Shown: one piece after another, positions 58,149 through 64,000 of the stretch
Layout of the letters: each line of letters begins with the position of its first letter
Numbering within the stretch: position 1 is the stretch's first letter
Assembly: GCA_964016885.1 (NCBI GenBank)
Contig: OZ024741.1
Coordinates: forward strand, 85,126,001 to 85,190,000
Source: Eledone cirrhosa
Lineage: Eukaryota
Direction of reading: 5' to 3'
Length of the DNA: 64,000 nt
The notes under the pieces: model-generated
What the model was told of the DNA's origin: nothing
What the model saw: only the letters and a program-made list of their open reading frames with translations
The model's database searches: none
Translations under genes and position numbers: made by a program

Positions 58149-59103
58149 TGTTCGCATGCCAACACAAGAGCAAGAACAAGGGACTCATTCTACTGACATG
58201 CCTTTAAAAAAGAGACTGTTTGCATAATTGCAAACGAATCGAATATTATTATTAATATTCGAAAAACTCAGATTACATTTATATATATATTTATATATAT
58301 TTAAACAGAGACTATGGAAAAAAGACACCTGCCTTCGTGGAATCGAACTCGAACCGACATCATTACGAAGCGAACATTTTCACTACATGGCTATACCCTC
58401 ACTAATCTATGAATATGAATAAAATATAGATTATATCAGATATATTTCTATTACTTATGTTTCAAGTCAATGATATTGCATTTCAAATGATAACCTGTCA
58501 TTTTATGAGTTTGTTTGCCAAAATATTTATGTTTATGAATAAAATATGTATATATTTATATGAATAAAACAATCGACCATTAATGAAACATTTCTCTCGT
58601 ATTACATTTGAGAGCGACTATCTTTGTTTTTGCTAGTGCTCTTCAAAAATATCATGAATATTAATGAATCAGGGTCATGTGACACTAACTTGGGAACTGT
58701 TTATCATTTCAAAAATTTACTGCAATTCTTGACGTCCATATTTTGTCAGCTCGATGTTGTCACATGTGATATATTTCAATTACAGTGGAACTGAGTATCA
58801 TTTTAAATTTACTGCGATTCTCGACATCCATAATTTATCAAATAAAATTGATTTCAATATAGGTAACCCTGGTTAATTTAAATCTAAATTTCTAGCATAA
58901 GCATATTGCCTCAAATTTGTAGAGGGTGTATTCTCCATTTATATCGATCCTGCTTTAATTTTCTGTCCAAATTCTGCACGTTATCTATGGCTTCTGTTCA
59001 CTGCCCTCTTTATACCGAATTATTAATTGCCGTTGCGAAACAAAGAACTCATTTCGGATATCATTGAGTTTTGATCGGGAAAACACACGCACATACGCAC
59101 GCG

Positions 59104-59207
<104 letters not shown>

Positions 59208-60356
59208 TATGGACCATGTGTCAAATTATCAATAAGTTTATCAGGTGTGACGCGTGTTTCACGATTGCTCAGCTCAAGGTTCCATCTCTATCGATTGGGC
59301 ACGACTCTGGGATCAAAAGCTCATCAGATTTCTGTTAGCTTAATGGCTGAATGATTCCCGTACAGCGTTAAAAAAATAGACATTTGTTCTCATTCATTTG
59401 TTGTGGTCAATTTTTACTTTGTTTTGATTGGTTGTTTTGGGAGAGAAAAAAGTTTGAGGGTGTGGGAGTGGGAAAGAAATGGATTGAGAAAATGAAAGAA
59501 TCGTGGTGGGATTCATCTAGTGGTAGGGGGATGATACGTTGACCATTTAATAACTGCAATATGTTTTTGCAAATCTCTCTATAATTATATGTCAGGTGCA
59601 ATGTGTCCGAAGACAGAAGAGCCGAACTCCCACCGTCATCGCCCCCATCTCTCTGTATAGTGAGCAAATGAGGTCGCACGTGCAGGCCGCCCCACAGTCC
59701 CGGCGGACAGAATGGAGAAGGCGTTTCCCCGGAGGATGGTATGGGATTGCCGCTGGAAGAGCCATTCAATCTCGAATTTAATAATGGACAGATTGGCCTT
59801 TATGTGGTGATGTGATGGGGTGGGGTAAGATCTAAGGGATTAAGAGACGATAGTATTTCGACCATTTACAAATAAGAGAAAATGTGCTACTAATCTATGA
59901 GCTGCAACTGAAATGAAGGGACATCAATGTGGCCAAAATATTGATTAGCCGAAAAGTAAAAGAGTAGATGTAAGAAATGGCGAATATATCAACGTTAATA
60001 AAAGTATTTTCTGTTTGTTTGAACGTTATGTTCTAAAAAAAAAACACAACGAGCACAGAGAGAGAGTAAATAAATAAAGATAGAGAAACGTGAATGTGTA
60101 AGATAAAAGATATCAATTTGAAAAAAGTCCCGCGTAGCTAAATCATACAAATGGATAATAAATATATATTGGCGAAGACAGGAAAATGAACAAACACAAA
60201 CAGTCCCATCTCATCAGTCGATCTCTAGAGATACGTCATCAAATTGATATGTTTTATTTTACCACTCCACGGTTTTCTGTCTTTCTTCACTTACTCTTTC
60301 TCCCTCTCTCTACCCCCCTCCATCTAACCCCCTCCCCCCTCTACCCTCTCTCTCTT

Positions 60357-60399
<43 letters not shown>

Positions 60400-61175
60400 A
60401 CTCTCTTCTCTCTTTCCTTCTTGCTCTCTCTGCTCTCCGTGTCTCTATTTTTAGGACTTAACGTCCAAACAAATATATATGGAACAGCTTCACTTGCGGT
60501 AGTGGTCAAAACTATATGTCTATTTCAACGGCTGAAGTTTTATGATTTTGGCATATTATCTGCGAAACACACGGCTCCCACTTCTACCTTTCCTACCGTG
60601 ACCCTTTCTTCTTCTATCACATGATTATAATGTCCAATTCCTTTGTCTTGGTGCTACCACAGCACTCAGACGTGACTAATACTACTAGCTCACATTTCTT
60701 TTCTGCACGTCACCTACTCTGTGTTTCGTTTATGTCTCCACTTTTCTAACTTCGTCACACGTTGTTCGACTTAAATGACTAACATTTAATTATTTACGTG
60801 TATTTTTCTCGTCATATAATTTCACGTAAGTTCTCTTTGATTTCGTCTTGTAAAATACTTCCTGGCAGTATTCAACTATCTGCTTAGACATTGTGAATCC
60901 CAATTGGTCCAGCAATACAGTCTGTGGGGATGGAAACTGTATACGTCCTTTACGACAGCCGATGACTATGGAGTTTCTCTATGTAGAGCCTATTTTGCTA
61001 TATATGTATATATGTATATATGTATGAATGTACCTATACACATATATATACGAATATATATGCATTAAACGTATATGTATCTTTGCATATATGTGTGTGT
61101 GTGTGTGTGTGTGTGTCTGTGTACATATGTTTGTATATATATGTGTGTGTATGTATGTATACATACATACATACA

Positions 61176-61225
<50 letters not shown>

Positions 61226-61420
61226 CATACATATATACATACATATATGTATATATATATACATATACATATACGTATATATGTATGTATGTATACACAC
61301 ACATATATATATATATACATATATATGTGTGTGTGTGTGCGTGTGCACGTGTGTATGTGTGTGTGTATAGTTATATATATATATGTATATATACAGACAT
61401 ATGTACACATACGCACACAT

Positions 61421-61470
<50 letters not shown>

Positions 61471-62351
61471 CATATAATATGTGTATATGATATGAAGTTT
61501 GCCATCTAAAGCAGAATTTCGTGTCATCATGTGCAAACGTTATTTATTACAGATGAAGCAAACAGGTTTTTCGCGCCCATGAAAAATAATTAGCTTTTGT
61601 ACATTTATCTTTTATCCATGATTGCCGATAATATCCACAATTCTACATGAATCACTAGCAAATGTTTCGATATGTCATAATAATTAGTGGAAATATGTTT
61701 GAAGTCGATTTATCTATAAATCTAGACATTAAGAGGTGATGGTATAAAGTTTTTTTCATATCATTTAATATATTATATATAACGTGCGACTACTGTTGGT
61801 TAATGTGTATAAAGGATGCTTTTGTGTCTGACTTTGGGTCATCTATCTAATTCCCTTGTTTGCTCCATAATGAAGCAAGATGAAAATCAATATGGCTGTT
61901 GTGAGCTATATTTTTGTTTGCTGTTGGTCGAAAGGAAGTAAGATCGAAAGTATTCTTTAAATGATCGTCTCATCTTTCGCTTATCAGGAAGTATATTAAT
62001 TCATCCACCGTTTTTATTTAAGATGGCAGATCATAAGATATAATGAGGGTAGCCATCAGAGAGACCAAAATTTCACAATGTATGATCCTCCGCACACATC
62101 TTCGACCTCCATGAGTATTACATATCTCCAAGCCATCCATACTGATGAGGAGGCGTCACTGTGTTATTTCGGAAAGATTGGATCAACTGATATGGACCCT
62201 CTTCCTGGACCTAGAAAGATGTCTATTCGAACAGGAAGACAAAATTTCTTCAAGCCTCAAGAGACCTTGTATTTTTGATGTACGAAAGGATAGTGTGGGA
62301 CTTGCAGATAGGACATATAAACATCTGAACACTTTCTAGCTGTGCGATTAC

Positions 62352-62455
62352 GAAGAAGAAGAAGAAGAAGAAGAAGAAGAAGAAGAAGAAGAAGAAGAAG
62401 AAGAAGAAGAAGAAGAAGAAGAAGAAGAAGAAGAAGAAGGAGAAGAAGAAGAAGA
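62352..62455. repeat. (GAA)n microsatellite
   Basis: Seen directly. Confidence 0.95.
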
Positions 62456-62789
62456 TATTTTGAATCACTACCACTAAACTGCAGCACAAATGACCACAAT
62501 ATAAAGAAATAAAGATCTTCAATAAAATATGATTGTCCAAAGATGTGCCGCACACTAAGCTCGAACTCGGTGGCACGCAATTACTAACTTCAACACAAAG
62601 CCAAAGGCGAAATTTCCCTACAAGGATAACAATAAAAACCAAAAGATCCTGCTATAATCTATAATCTATAACTGCACGCATTGTTAATGACTTCCAACCA
62701 TCCATTCTTCACTCATTTAACAGCATCTGTCTTGTTAGTACGGATATTTAATGTGACAGTTGTTACTCAGAGGGAACGACATATATGTG

Positions 62790-62855
<66 letters not shown>

Positions 62856-62897
62856 TATATATATATATATATATATATATTTTTATATATATATATA

Positions 62898-62978
<81 letters not shown>

Positions 62979-62998
62979 TATATATATATATATATACA

Positions 62999-63041
<43 letters not shown>

Positions 63042-63195
63042 GCATATATATATATATGCATATATGTATATACATGTAATAAATGTATGTGTACATATAT
63101 ACATATATATACACGTGCACACACATATATACATATATGTATTTATACACATATATATTTACATATATATATGATATGTACACACACATACATAC

Positions 63196-63265
<70 letters not shown>

Positions 63266-63497
63266 GTGCCATAATGGTGTTATGATTTTATGTTAACCAA
63301 TTTAACTGAATATATGTAATTGAATCAAATATACAATTCGTTGTTTAGCCCATGATCAGTCCTGTTAAAGCATATCTATGATCAAATTTATTTCAGCCGT
63401 TGTCACCTCGTAATTCTAAGAATGTCTAGTGATATCTATCACATCGTCCCTGTATTGGTATAGTGTGATTAAAGAGAAAATTGTCTGCTATTTAAGA

Positions 63498-63592
63498 GGC
63501 GCTGGCATGATTGGGTGTTTAACAAGTTCGCTTCACAATCACACAGCTTAGGCAGCGTTCCCACTGCGTAGTACCTTGAGCGAATGTTTTAG
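63498..63592 (+). mobile_element. Degenerate tRNA-derived SINE head
   Basis: ggcgctggcatg..gtgtttaacaagttcgcttc.caatcac..gttcccactgcgt..accttgagc. A similar head lies on the minus strand at ~15065-15148. Confidence 0.5.
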
Positions 63593-64000
63593 CGTGTTGA
63601 CCAATACTTTTTTAATGAAATTTGGTACATGCTAACTGCGCAGAAGAATATCCTATATATGTGTGAGTTTGTGTGCGTACGTGTGCGTGTGCGTGTGTGT
63701 GTCAAAGTATCATCATTGAGTTTATTTTGGAGTGACGCACGTGTCTCAAACAGAGAAAAGACCACCAGTGTATGGAATCTATAACCTATTAAAGGCAGGG
63801 TAGACACACAATAATTAAAAATATAAATTAAAATGTATATACGCACCTCTATAACTATATAACACACGCGTACAAATCCAAAGAGATCTGTTTCGCCAGG
63901 AAGTTGTTGACAGAAATGGAATAGCCCAATGTTCATCAGCGCGTGCAAAGCCATACATTTCAGACAATTCTAAGAGAATCTAAGGCGACCGTCCAGCTAC

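Larger units (their letters stand above)
57640..58282 (+). repeat. Tandem 1.5-mer of a ~430 bp HHR-bearing unit
   Basis: 57640-57851 repeated at 58070-58282. Confidence 0.9.

Noticed and set aside
58328-58400. tRNA-like sequence on the minus strand (also the SINE heads)
   Set aside because: No complete cloverleaf; it is a degenerate tRNA-derived repeat, not a tRNA gene.
62137-62205. ccata-CTGATGA...GAAA...tatgg HHR-like motif and the overlapping short ORFs
   Set aside because: Stem II is weak and the cleavage-site register is wrong; the ORFs have no recognisable motif.

Overview
AT-rich eukaryotic (metazoan) intergenic or intronic DNA with no recognisable host gene. The tRNA-derived SINEs and repeat landscape resemble octopus/cephalopod DNA, which is an inference. 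Most ORF-track entries are artefacts of (TA)n/(CA)n/(GA)n microsatellites. The real coding remnants are all retroelements: three Penelope-like element (PLE) fragments (two Naiad-like at 4841-5937 and 55700-56833, one Neptune-like RT+GIY-YIG at 19661-21339), an RTE-clade LINE 3' fragment and an R4/Dong-like relic. The main hidden signal is a very dense set of type I hammerhead ribozyme (HHR) motifs. I found about 30 intact or near-intact copies by eye, from more than a dozen unrelated sequence families, most with a palindromic stem III. The centrepiece is a tandem array at about 436-7395 of 450-575 bp non-coding units. Each unit has one minimal HHR, an octamer motif and a variable (TA)n tract, like a non-LTR retrozyme. 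The array is interrupted by an HHR-bearing Naiad-like PLE and then inverts. Other HHR-carrying units occur as dimers, terminally redundant 1.1-mers and fold-back inverted repeats, all embedded in (TA)n tracts. All structures were folded by eye, none was computed, and ribozyme activity is unproven.
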